Source: Auanema rhodensis (Eukaryota; Animalia; Nematoda). From it: a stretch of DNA of 64,000 bases. The DNA is taken from the NCBI GenBank assembly GCA_964057225.1, contig OZ059894.1, positions 4,278,001 to 4,342,000 on the forward strand, given 5' to 3'. This document shows, piece by piece, positions 51,401-64,000 of the stretch; the stretch's first letter is position 1; each line of letters starts with the position of its first letter. Under the pieces are notes generated by a model that saw only the letters and a program-made list of their open reading frames with translations, had not been told where the DNA came from and did not search any database. A program made the translations under genes and the position numbers.

Positions 51401-53351
51401 GCACCGAGATATCAACTGATATAAGTTCACACTTATATTCTCGATTTTCACCCTGAAGAAATAATTTTTTCTTTGAATAACATTGTCCATCGTCTTCGCC
51501 TTGAAAAAAGGAATCTAAAAACATCTACTTTTTGCTAAATTATTTTGAAATTTTCCGAAAAAATTTTTGTCAAAATGTTTTTGGAAGCAATGTTGAGTGT
51601 ACATGGAAACTCAACATACACTAATGCATCATTTTTCAAACGATCATAACTAATTTTTGTATCAAGCGTTTTTCAATGTAGTATAGTGCATTCGATGCGG
51701 ATTTTTAAGCTGCGTCGATCTGTGTTATCAGATTTGCGCTAGCTTAAAAATGCACCGAGATATCAACTGATATAAGTTCACACTTATATCCTCGATTTTC
51801 ACCCTGAAGAATTAATTTTTTCGTTGAATAACATTGTCCATCGTCTTTGCCTTGAAAAATGGAATCTTAAAACATCTACTTTTTGCTAAATTATTTTGAA
51901 ATTTTTCGAAAAAATTTTTGTCAAAATGTTTTTGGAAGCAATGTTGAGTGTACATGGAAACTCAACATACACTAATGCATCATTTTTCAAACGATCATAA
52001 CTAATTTTTGTATTAAGCGTTTTTCAATGTAGTATAGTGCATTCGATGCGGATTTCTAAGCTGCGTCGATCTGTGTTATCAGATTTGCGCTAGCTTAAAA
52101 ATGCACCGAGATATCAACTGATATAAGTTCACACTTATATCCTCGATTTTCATCCTGAAGAATTAATTTTTTCGTTGAATAACATTGTCCATCGTCTTTG
52201 CCTTGAAAAATCGAATCTAAAAACATCTACTTTTCGCTAAATTATTTTGAAATTTTTCGAAAAAATTTTTGTCAAAATGTTTTTGGAAGCAATGTTGAGT
52301 GTACATGGAAACTCAACATACACTAATGCATCATTTTTCAAACGATCATAACTAATTTTTGTATTAAGCGTTTTTCAATGTAGTATAGTGCATTCGATGC
52401 GGATTTTCAAGCTGCGTCGATCTGTGTTATCAGATTTGCGCTAGCTTAAAAATTCACCGAGATATCAACTGATATAAGTTCACACTTATATCCTCGATTT
52501 TCATCCTGAAGAATTAATTTTTTCGTTGAATAACATTGTCCATCGTCTTTGCCTTGAAAAATCGAATCTAAAAACATCTACTTTCCGCTAAATTATTTTG
52601 AAATTTTTCGAAAAAATTTTTGTCAAAATGTTTTTGGAAGCAATGTTGAGTGTACATGGAAACTCAACATACACTAATGCATCATTTTTCAAACGATCAT
52701 AACTAATTTTTGTATTAAGCGTTTTTCAATGTAGTATAGTGCATTCGATGCGGATTTTTAAGCTGCGTCGATCTGTGTTATCAGATTTGCGCTAGCTTAA
52801 AAATGCACCGAGATATCAACTGATATAAGTTCACACTTATATTCTCGATTTTCACCCTGAAGAAATAATTTTTTCTTTGAATAACATTGTCCATCGTCTT
52901 CGCCTTGAAAAAAGGAATCTAAAAACATCTACTTTTTGCTAAATTATTTTGAAATTTTCCGAAAAAATTTTTGTCAAAATGTTTTTGGAAGCAATGTTGA
53001 GTGTACATGGAAACTCAACATACACTAATGCATCATTTTTCAAACGATCATAACTAATTTTTGTATCAAGCGTTTTTCAATGTAGTATAGTGCATTCGAT
53101 GCGGATTTTTAAGCTGCGTCGATCTGTGTTATCAGATTTGCGCTAGCTTAAAAATGCACCGAGATATCAACTGATATAAGTTCACACTTATATCCTCGAT
53201 TTTCACCCTGAAGAATTAATTTTTTCGTTGAATAACATTGTCCATCGTCTTTGCCTTGAAAAATGGAATCTTAAAACATCTACTTTTTGCTAAATTATTT
53301 TGAAATTTTTCGAAAAAATTTTTGTCAAAATGTTTTTGGAAGCAATGTTGA
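48438..53351. repeat. Local 7-mer higher-order repeat (2457 bp x2)
   Basis: The private GTCGAGCT variant occurs at 48560 and 51017. AAATTCACC occurs at 49997 and 52454. TTCTTTGAA occurs twice per unit. Confidence 0.9.
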
Positions 53352-56300
53352 GTGTACATGGAAACTCAACATACACTAATGCATCATTTTTCAAACGATC
53401 ATAACTAATTTTTGTATTAAGCGTTTTTCAATGTAGTATAGTGCATTCGATGCGGATTTCTAAGCTGCGTCGATCTGTGTTATCAGATTTGCGCTAGCTT
53501 AAAAATGCACCGAGATATCAACTGATATAAGTTCACACTTATATCCTCGATTTTCATCCTGAAGAATTAATTTTTTCGTTGAATAACATTGTCCATCGTC
53601 TTTGCCTTGAAAAATCGAATCTAAAAACATCTACTTTTCGCTAAATTATTTTGAAATTTTTCGAAAAAATTTTTGTCAAAATGTTTTTGGAAGCAATGTT
53701 GAGTGTACATGGAAACTCAACATACACTAATGCATCATTTTTCAAACGATCATAACTAATTTTTGTATTAAGCGTTTTTCAATGTAGTATAGTGCATTCG
53801 ATGCGGATTTTCAAGCTGCGTCGATCTGTGTTATCAGATTTGCGCTAGCTTAAAAATGCACCGAGATATCAACTGATATAAGTTCACACTTATATCCTCG
53901 ATTTTCATCCTGAAGAATTAATTTTTTCGTTGAATAACATTGTCCATCGTCTTTGCCTTGAAAAATCGAATCTAAAAACATCTACTTTCCGCTAAATTAT
54001 TTTGAAATTTTTCGAAAAAATTTTTGTCAAAATGTTTTTGGAAGCAATGTTGAGTGTACATGGAAACTCAACATACACTAATGCATCATTTTTCTAACGA
54101 TCATAACTAATTTTTGTATTAAGCTTTTCTCAATGTAGTATAGTGCATTCGATGCGGATTTTTAAGCTGCGTCGATCTGTGTTATCAGATTTGCTCTAGC
54201 TTAAAAATGCACCGAGATATCAACTGATATAAGTTCACACTTATATCCTCGATTTTCACCCTGAAGAATTAATTTTTTCGTTGAATAACATTGTCCATCG
54301 TCTTTGCCTTGAAAAATGGAATCTTAAAACATCTACTTTTTGCTAAATTATTTTGAAATTTTTCGAAAAAATTTTTGTCAAAATGTTTTTGGAAGCAATG
54401 TTGAGTGTACATGGAAACTCAACATACACTAATGCATCATTTTTCAAACGATCATAACTAATTTTTGTATTAAGCGTTTTTCAATGTAGTATAGTGCATT
54501 CGATGCGGATTTCTAAGCTGCGTCGATCTGTGTTATCAGATTTGCGCTAGCTTAAAAATGCACCGAGATATCAACTGATATAAGTTCACACTTATATCCT
54601 CGATTTTCATCCTGAAGAATTAATTTTTTCGTTGAATAACATTGTCCATCGTCTTTGCCTTGAAAAATCGAATCTAAAAACATCTACTTTTCGCTAAATT
54701 ATTTTGAAATTTTTCGAAAAAATTTTTGTCAAAATGTTTTTGGAAGCAATGTTGAGTGTACATGGAAACTCAACATACACTAATGCATCATTTTTCAAAC
54801 GATCATAACTAATTTTTGTATTAAGCGTTTTTCAATGTAGTATAGTGCATTCGATGCGGATTTTCAAGCTGCGTCGATCTGTGTTATCAGATTTGCGCTA
54901 GCTTAAAAATGCACCGAGATATCAACTGATATAAGTTCACACTTATATCCTCGATTTTCATCCTGAAGAATTAATTTTTTCGTTGAATAACATTGTCCAT
55001 CGTCTTTGCCTTGAAAAATCGAATCTAAAAACATCTACTTTCCGCTAAATTATTTTGAAATTTTTCGAAAAAATTTTTGTCAAAATGTTTTTGGAAGCAA
55101 TGTTGAGTGTACATGGAAACTCAACATACACTAATGCATCATTTTTCTAACGATCATAACTAATTTTTGTATTAAGCTTTTCTCAATGTAGTATAGTGCA
55201 TTCGATGCGGATTTTTAAGCTGCGTCGATCTGTGTTATCAGATTTGCTCTAGCTTAAAAATGCACCGAGATATCAACTGATATAAGTTCACACTTATATC
55301 CTCGATTTTCACCCTGAAGAATTAATTTTTTCGTTGAATAACATTGTCCATCGTCTTTGCCTTGAAAAATGGAATCTTAAAACATCTACTTTTTGCTAAA
55401 TTATTTTGAAATTTTTCGAAAAAATTTTTGTCAAAATGTTTTTGGAAGCAATGTTGAGTGTACATGGAAACTCAACATACACTAATGCATCATTTTTCAA
55501 ACGATCATAACTAATTTTTGTATTAAGCGTTTTTCAATGTAGTATAGTGCATTCGATGCGGATTTCTAAGCTGCGTCGATCTGTGTTATCAGATTTGCGC
55601 TAGCTTAAAAATGCACCGAGATATCAACTGATATAAGTTCACACTTATATCCTCGATTTTTCATCCTGAAGAATTAATTTTTTCGTTGAATAACATTGTC
55701 CATCGTCTTTGCCTTGAAAAATCGAATCTAAAAACATCTACTTTCCGCTAAATTATTTTGAAATTTTTCGAAAACATTTTTGTCAAAATGTTTTTGGAAG
55801 CAATGTTGAGTGTACATGGAAACTCAACATACACTAATGCATCATTTTTCAAACGATCATAACTAATTTTTGTATTAAGCGTTTTTCAATGTAGTATAGT
55901 GCATTCGATGCGGATTTTCAAGCTGCGTCGATCTGTGTTATCAGATTTGCGCTAGCTTAAAAATGCACCGAGATATCAACTGATATAAGTTCACACTTAT
56001 ATCCTCGATTTTCATCCTGAAGAATTAATTTTTTCGTTGAATAACATTGTCCATCGTCTTTGCCTTGAAAAATCGAATCTAAAAACATCTACTTTTTGGT
56101 AAATTATTTTGAAATTTTTCGAAAAAATTTTTGTCAAAATGTTCTTGGAAGCAATGTTGAGTGTACATGGAAACTCAACATACACTAATGCATCATTTTT
56201 CAAACGATCATAACTAATTTTTGTATTCAGCTTTTCTCAATGTAGTATAGTGCATTCGATGCGGATTTTCAAGCTGCGTCGATCTGTGTTATCAGATTTG

Positions 56301-59300
56301 CGCTAGCTTAAAAATGCACCGAGATATCAACTGATATAAGTTCACACTTATATCCTCGATTTTCACCCTGAAGAATTAATTTTTTCGTTGAATAACATTG
56401 TCCATCGTCTTTGCCTTGAAAAATGGAATCTTAAAACATCTACTTTTTGCTAAATTATTTTGAAATTTTTCGAAAAAATTTTTGTCAAAATGTTTTTGGA
56501 AGCAATGTTGAGTGTACATGGAAACTCAACATACACTAATGCATCATTTTTCAAACGATCATAACTAATTTTTGTATTAAGCGTTTTTCAATGTAGTATA
56601 GTGCATTCGATGCGGATTTCTAAGCTGCGTCGATCTGTGTTATCAGATTTGCGCTAGCTTAAAAATGCACCGAGATATCAACTGATATAAGTTCACACTT
56701 ATATCCTCGATTTTCATCCTGAAGAATTAATTTTTTCGTTGAATAACATTGTCCATCGTCTTTGCCTTGAAAAATCGAATCTAAAAACATCTACTTTTCG
56801 CTAAATTATTTTGAAATTTTTCGAAAAAATTTTTGTCAAAATGTTTTTGGAAGCAATGTTGAGTGTACATGGAAACTCAACATACACTAATGCATCATTT
56901 TTCAAACGATCATAACTAATTTTTGTATTAAGCGTTTTTCAATGTAGTATAGTGCATTCGATGCGGATTTTCAAGCTGCGTCGATCTGTGTTATCAGATT
57001 TGCGCTAGCTTAAAAATGCACCGAGATATCAACTGATATAAGTTCACACTTATATCCTCGATTTTCATCCTGAAGAATTAATTTTTTCGTTGAATAACAT
57101 TGTCCATCGTCTTTGCCTTGAAAAATCGAATCTAAAAACATCTACTTTCCGCTAAATTATTTTGAAATTTTTCGAAAAAATTTTTGTCAAAATGTTTTTG
57201 GAAGCAATGTTGAGTGTACATGGAAACTCAACATACACTAATGCATCATTTTTCTAACGATCATAACTAATTTTTGTATTAAGCTTTTCTCAATGTAGTA
57301 TAGTGCATTCGATGCGGATTTTTAAGCTGCGTCGATCTGTGTTATCAGATTTGCTCTAGCTTAAAAATGCACCGAGATATCAACTGATATAAGTTCACAC
57401 TTATATCCTCGATTTTCACCCTGAAGAATTAATTTTTTCGTTGAATAACATTGTCCATCGTCTTTGCCTTGAAAAATGGAATCTTAAAACATCTACTTTT
57501 TGCTAAATTATTTTGAAATTTTTCGAAAAAATTTTTGTCAAAATGTTTTTGGAAGCAATGTTGAGTGTACATGGAAACTCAACATACACTAATGCATCAT
57601 TTTTCAAACGATCATAACTAATTTTTGTATTAAGCGTTTTTCAATGTAGTATAGTGCATTCGATGCGGATTTCTAAGCTGCGTCGATCTGTGTTATCAGA
57701 TTTGCGCTAGCTTAAAAATGCACCGAGATATCAACTGATATAAGTTCACACTTATATCCTCGATTTTCATCCTGAAGAATTAATTTTTTCGTTGAATAAC
57801 ATTGTCCATCGTCTTTGCCTTGAAAAATCGAATCTAAAAACATCTACTTTTCGCTAAATTATTTTGAAATTTTTCGAAAAAATTTTTGTCAAAATGTTTT
57901 TGGAAGCAATGTTGAGTGTACATGGAAACTCAACATACACTAATGCATCATTTTTCAAACGATCATAACTAATTTTTGTATTAAGCGTTTTTCAATGTAG
58001 TATAGTGCATTCGATGCGGATTTTCAAGCTGCGTCGATCTGTGTTATCAGATTTGCGCTAGCTTGAAAATGCACCGAGATATCAACTGATATAAGTTCAC
58101 ACTTATATCCTCGATTTTCATCCTGAAGAATTAATTTTTTCGTTGAATAACATTGTCCATCGTCTTTGCCTTGAAAAATCGAATCTAAAAACATCTACTT
58201 TCCGCTAAATTATTTTGAAATTTTTCGAAAAAATTTTTGTCAAAATGTTTTTGGAAGCAATGTTGAGTGTACATGGAAACTCAACATACACTAATGCATC
58301 ATTTTTCTAACGATCATAACTAATTTTTGTATTAAGCTTTTCTCAATGTAGTATAGTGCATTCGATGCGGATTTTTAAGCTGCGTCGATCTGTGTTATCA
58401 GATTTGCTCTAGCTTAAAAATGCACCGAGATATCAACTGATATAAGTTCACACTTATATCCTCGATTTTCACCCTGAAGAATTAATTTTTTCGTTGAATA
58501 ACATTGTCCATCGTCTTTGCCTTGAAAAATGGAATCTTAAAACATCTACTTTTTGCTAAATTATTTTGAAATTTTTCGAAAAAATTTTTGTCAAAATGTT
58601 TTTGGAAGCAATGTTGAGTGTACATGGAAACTCAACATACACTAATGCATCATTTTTCAAACGATCATAACTAATTTTTGTATTAAGCGTTTTTCAATGT
58701 AGTATAGTGCATTCGATGCGGATTTCTAAGCTGCGTCGATCTGTGTTATCAGATTTGCGCTAGCTTAAAAATGCACCGAGATATCAACTGATATAAGTTC
58801 ACACTTATATCCTCGATTTTTCATCCTGAAGAATTAATTTTTTCGTTGAATAACATTGTCCATCGTCTTTGCCTTGAAAAATCGAATCTAAAAACATCTA
58901 CTTTCCGCTAAATTATTTTGAAATTTTTCGAAAACATTTTTGTCAAAATGTTTTTGGAAGCAATGTTGAGTGTACATGGAAACTCAACATACACTAATGC
59001 ATCATTTTTCAAACGATCATAACTAATTTTTGTATTAAGCGTTTTTCAATGTAGTATAGTGCATTCGATGCGGATTTTCAAGCTGCGTCGATCTGTGTTA
59101 TCAGATTTGCGCTAGCTTAAAAATGCACCGAGATATCAACTGATATAAGTTCACACTTATATCCTCGATTTTCATCCTGAAGAATTAATTTTTTCGTTGA
59201 ATAACATTGTCCATCGTCTTTGCCTTGAAAAATCGAATCTAAAAACATCTACTTTTTGGTAAATTATTTTGAAATTTTTCGAAAAAATTTTTGTCAAAAT

Positions 59301-59671
59301 GTTCTTGGAAGCAATGTTGAGTGTACATGGAAACTCAACATACACTAATGCATCATTTTTCAAACGATCATAACTAATTTTTGTATTCAGCTTTTCTCAA
59401 TGTAGTATAGTGCATTCGATGCGGATTTTCAAGCTGCGTCGATCTGTGTTATCAGATTTGCGCTAGCTTAAAAATGCACCGAGATATCAACTGATATAAG
59501 TTCACACTTATATCCTCGATTTTCACCCTGAAGAATTAATTTTTTCGTTGAATAACATTGTCCATCGTCTTTGCCTTGAAAAATGGAATCTTAAAACATC
59601 TACTTTTTGCTAAATTATTTTGAAATTTTTCGAAAAAATTTTTGTCAAAATGTTTTTGGAAGCAATGTTGA
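53352..59671. repeat. 9-mer higher-order repeat (3160 bp x2) built from three trimers
   Basis: The same +T insertion occurs in T-runs 55657-55661 and 58817-58821 (3160 apart). TTGGTAAA/GTTCTTGG and TATTCAG variants are shared between the copies. ORF-track hits 56012 and 59172 are 3160 apart. Confidence 0.92.
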
Positions 59672-61777
59672 GTGTACATGGAAACTCAACATACACTAAT
59701 GCATCATTTTTCAAACGATCATAACTAATTTTTGTATTAAGCGTTTTTCAATGTAGTATAGTGCATTCGATGCGGATTTCTAAGCTGCGTCGATCTGTGT
59801 TATCAGATTTGCGCTAGCTTAAAAATGCACCGAGATATCAACTGATATAAGTTCACACTTATATCCTCGATTTTCATCCTGAAGAATTAATTTTTTCGTT
59901 GAATAACATTGTCCATCGTCTTTGCCTTGAAAAAAAGAATCTAAAAACATCTACTTTTTGCTAAATTATTTTGAAATTTTTCGAAAAAATTTTTGTCAAA
60001 ATGTTTTTGGAAGCAATGTTGAGTGTACATGGAAACTCAACATACACTAATGCATCATTTTTCTAACGATCATAACTAATTTTTGTATTAAGCTTTTCTC
60101 AATGTAGTATAGTGCATTCGATGCGGATTTTTAAGCTGCGTCGATCTGTGTTATCAGATTTGCTCTAGCTTAAAAATGCACCGAGATATCAACTGATATA
60201 AGTTCACACTTATATCCTCGATTTTCACCCTGAAGAATTAATTTTTTCGTTGAATAACATTGTCCATCGTCTTTGCCTTGAAAAATGGAATCTTAAAACA
60301 TCTACTTTTTGCTAAATTATTTTGAAATTTTTCGAAAAAATTTTTGTCAAAATGTTTTTGGAAGCAATGTTGAGTGTACATGGAAACTCAACATACACTA
60401 ATGCATCATTTTTCAAACGATCATAACTAATTTTTGTATTAAGCGTTTTTCAATGTAGTATAGTGCATTCGATGCGGATTTCTAAGCTGCGTCGATCTGT
60501 GTTATCAGATTTGTGCTAGCTTAAAAATGCACCGAGATATCAACTGATATAAGTTCACACTTATATCCTCGATTTTCATCCTGAAGAATTAATTTTTTCG
60601 TTGAATAACATTGTCCATCGTCTTTGCCTTGAAAAATCGAATCTAAAAACATCTACTTTCCGCTAAATTATTTTGAAATTTTTCGAAAAAATTTTTGTCA
60701 AAATGTTTTTGGAAGCAATGTTGAGTGTACATGGAAACTCAACATACACTAATGCATCATTTTTCAAACGATCATAACTAATTTTTGTATTAAGCGTTTT
60801 TCAATGTAGTATAGTGCATTCGATGCGGATTTTTAAGCTGCGTCGATCTGTGTTATCAGATTTGCGCTAGCTTAAAAATGCACCGAGATATCAACTGATA
60901 TAAGTTCACACTTATATCCTCGATTTTCACCCTGAAGAAATAATTTTTTCGTTGAATAACATTGTCCATCGTCTTTGCCTTGAAAAAAGGAATCTAAAAA
61001 CATCTACTTTTTGCTAAATTATTTTGAAATTTTTCGAAAAAATTTTTGTCAAAATGTTTTTGGAAGCAATGTTGAGTGTACATGGAAACTCAACATACAC
61101 TAATGCATCATTTTTCAAACGATCATAACTTATTTTTGTATTAAGCTTTTCTCAATGTAGTATAGTGCATTCGATGCGGATTTTTAAGCTGCGTCGATCT
61201 GTGTTATCAGATTTGCGCTAGCTTAAAAATGCACCGAGATATCAACTGATATAAGTTCACACTTATATTCTCGATTTTCACCCTGAAGAATTAATTTTTT
61301 CGTTGAATAACATTGTCCATCGTCTTCGCCTTGAAAAAAGGAATCTAAAAACATCTACTTTTTGCTAAATTATTTTGAAATTTTCCGAAAAAATTTTTGT
61401 CAAAATGTTTTTGGAAGCAATGTTGAGTGTACATGGAAACTCAACATACACTAATGCATCATTTTTCAAACGATCATAACTAATTTTTGTATTAAGCTTT
61501 TCTCAATGTAGTATAGTGCATTCGATGCGGATTTTTAAGCTGCGTCGATCTGTGTTATCAGATTTGCGCTAGCTTAAAAATGCACCGAGATATCAACTGA
61601 TATAAGTTCACACTTATATCCTCGATTTTCACCCTGAAGAATTAACTTTTTTGTTGAATAACATTGTCTATCGTTTTTGCCTTGAAAAATGGAATCTAAA
61701 AACATCTACTTTTTGCTAAATTATTTTGAAATTTTTCGAAAAAATTTTTGTCGAAATGTTTTTGGAAGCAATGTTGA

Positions 61778-63181
61778 GTGTACATGGAAACTCAACATAC
61801 ACTAATGCATCATTTTTCAAACGATCATAACTAATTTTTGTATTAAGCTTTTCTCAATGTAGTATAGTGCATTCGATGCGGATTTTTAAGCTGCGTCGAT
61901 CTGTGTTATCAGATTTGCGCTAGCTTAAAAATGCACCGAGATATCAACTGATATAAGTTCACACTTATATCCTCGATTTTCACCCTGAAGAATTAACTTT
62001 TTCGTTGAATAACATTGTCCATCGTCTTTGCCTTAAAAAATGGAATCTAAAAACATCTACTTTTTGGTAAATTATTTTGAAATTTTTCGAAAAAATTTTT
62101 GTCAAAATGTTTTTGGAAGCAATGTTGAGTGTACATGGAAACTCAACATACACGAATGCATCATTTTTCAAACGATCATAACTAATTTTTGTATTAAGCG
62201 TTTTTCAATGTAGTATAGTGCATTCGATGCGGATTTTTAAGCTGCGTCGATCTGTGTTATCAGATTTGCGCTAGCTTAAAAATGCACCGAGATATCAACT
62301 GATACAAGTTCACACTTATATCCTCGATTTTCACCCTGAAGAAATAATTTTTTCGTTGAATAACATTGTCCATCGTCTTCGCCTTGAAAAAAGGAATCTA
62401 AAAACATCTACTTTTTACTAAATTATTTTGAAATTTTCCGAAAAAATTTTTGTCAAAATGTTTTTGGAAGCAATGTTGAGTGTACATGGAAACTCAACAT
62501 ACACTAATGCATCATTTTTCAAACGATCATAACTAATTTTTGTATTAAGCTTTTCTCAATGTAGTATAGTGCATTCGATGCGGATTTTTAAGCTGCGTCG
62601 ATCTGTGTTATCAGATTTGCGCTAGCTTAAAAATTCACCGAGATATCAACTGATATAAGTTCACACTTATATCCTCGATTTTCACCCTGAAGAAATAAAT
62701 TTTTCGTTGAATAACATTGTCCATCGTCTTTGCCTTAAAAAATGGAATCTAAAAACATCTACTTTTTGGTAAATTATTTTGAAATTTTTCGAAAAAATTT
62801 TTGTCAAAATGTTTTTGGAAGCAATGTTGAGTGTACATGGAAACTCAACATATACGAATGCATCATTTTTCAAACGATCATAACTTATTTTTGTATTAAG
62901 CTTTTCTCAATGTAGTATAGTGCATTCGATGCGGATTTTTAAGCTGCGTCGATCTGTGTTATCAGATTTGCGCTAGCTTAAAAATGCACCGAGATATCAA
63001 CTGATATAAGTTCACACTTTTATCCTCGATTTTCACCCTGAAGAAATAATTTTTTCGTTGAATAACATTGTCCATCGTCTTCGCCTTGAAAAAAGGAATC
63101 TAAAAACATCTACTTTTTACTAAATTATTTTGAAATTTTCCGAAAAAATTTTTGTCAAAATGTTTTTGGAAGCAATGTTGA
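61778..63181. repeat. Diverged dimer duplication (702 bp x2)
   Basis: CCTTAAAAAA and TTGGTAAA occur in the monomers at 61778 and 62480. ACGAATG and TTTTTACTA occur in the monomers at 62129 and 62831. The two copies differ at several other positions. Confidence 0.8.
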
Positions 63182-64000
63182 GTGTACATAGAAACTCAAC
63201 ATACACTAATGCATCATTTTTCAAACGATCATAACTAATTTTTGTATTAAGCTTTTCTCAATGTAGTATAGTGCATTCGATGCGGATTTTTAAGCTGCGT
63301 CGATCTGTGTTATCAGATTTGCGCTAGCTTAAAAATGCACCGAGATATCAACTGATATAAGTTCACACTTATATCCTCGATTTTCACCCTGAAGAAATAA
63401 TTTTTTCGTTGAATAACATTGTCCATCGTCTTTGCCTTGAAAAAAGGAATCTAAAAACATCTACTTTTTGCTAAATTATTTTGAAATTTTTCGAAAAAAT
63501 TTTTGTCAAAATGTTTTTGGAAGCAATGTTGAGTGTACATGGAAACTCAACATACACTAATGCATCATTTTTCAAACGATCATAACTTATTTTTGTATTA
63601 AGCTTTTCTCAATGTAGTATAGTGCATTCGATGCGGATTTTTAAGCTGCGTCGATCTGTGTTATCAGATTTGCGCTAGCTTAAAAATGCACCGAGATATC
63701 AACTGATATAAGTTCACACTTATATCCTCGATTTTCACCCTGAAGAATTAACTTTTTCGTTGAATAACATTGTCTATCGTCTTTGCCTTGAAAAATGGAA
63801 TCTAAAAACATCTACTTTTTGCTAAATTATTTTGAAATTTTTCGAAAAAATTTTTGTCAAAATGTTTTTGGAAGCAATGTTGAGTGTACATGGAAACTCA
63901 ACATACACTAATGCATCATTTTTCAAACGATCATAACTAATTTTTGTATTAAGCTTTTCTCAATGTAGTATAGTGCATTCGATGCGGATTTTTAAGCTGC

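Larger units (their letters stand above)
1..64000. repeat. Tandem satellite DNA array, 351-bp monomer, ~182.3 head-to-tail copies, ~31% GC; extends beyond both window edges
   Basis: GTGTACATGGAAACTCAACATAC recurs at 1, 352, 703 ... 7021, 14041, 21061, 28081 (exact multiples of 351). It then recurs at 35100/42120/49140 (-1 after a deletion) and at 56161 and 63182 (after two insertions). The last start is at 63884. No non-satellite sequence or inverted block was seen. Confidence 0.99.

Noticed and set aside
56012-62873. Four 63-aa minus-strand ORFs (MKNDALVYVEF...)
   Set aside because: Another frame of the same satellite sequence, opened by the TTGGTAAA variant. There is no coding evidence.
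1-64000. CRISPR array
   Set aside because: There are no unique spacers, the entire 351-bp unit repeats, and there are no cas genes.
1-64000. 351 being divisible by 3 (117-codon repeat protein gene)
   Set aside because: The ORF track shows no ORF as long as one monomer (longest 75 aa), so there is no read-through repeat protein.

Overview
The whole 64 kb window is one uninterrupted, head-to-tail tandem array of a 351-bp AT-rich monomer (about 31% GC by hand count of monomer 1). It contains 182 complete copies plus a 117-bp partial copy, all in the same orientation. I see no genes, RNA genes, transposon insertions or unique sequence, and the ORF-track hits are chance sub-monomer ORFs. This is eukaryotic-type satellite DNA, plausibly (peri)centromeric heterochromatin, but I cannot assign the family or species from memory. 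Copies differ by a limited set of shared diagnostic SNPs. I found only three 1-bp indels, and two of them are copies of the same event. Typing every monomer by eye shows four things. (i) The monomer is built largely from inverted repeats. (ii) The array is a patchwork of short-lived local higher-order repeats (2-, 3-, 4/5-, 7-, 9- and 14-mers, some nested) rather than one fixed HOR. (iii) Sub-families are confined to spatial domains, with related variants on both flanks, consistent with layered expansion. (iv) Chimeric monomers are common, and private variants increase in the last ~2.5 kb. Monomer positions (p1-p351) are numbered from the GTGTACATGG start at window position 1. All typing was manual and should be confirmed computationally.
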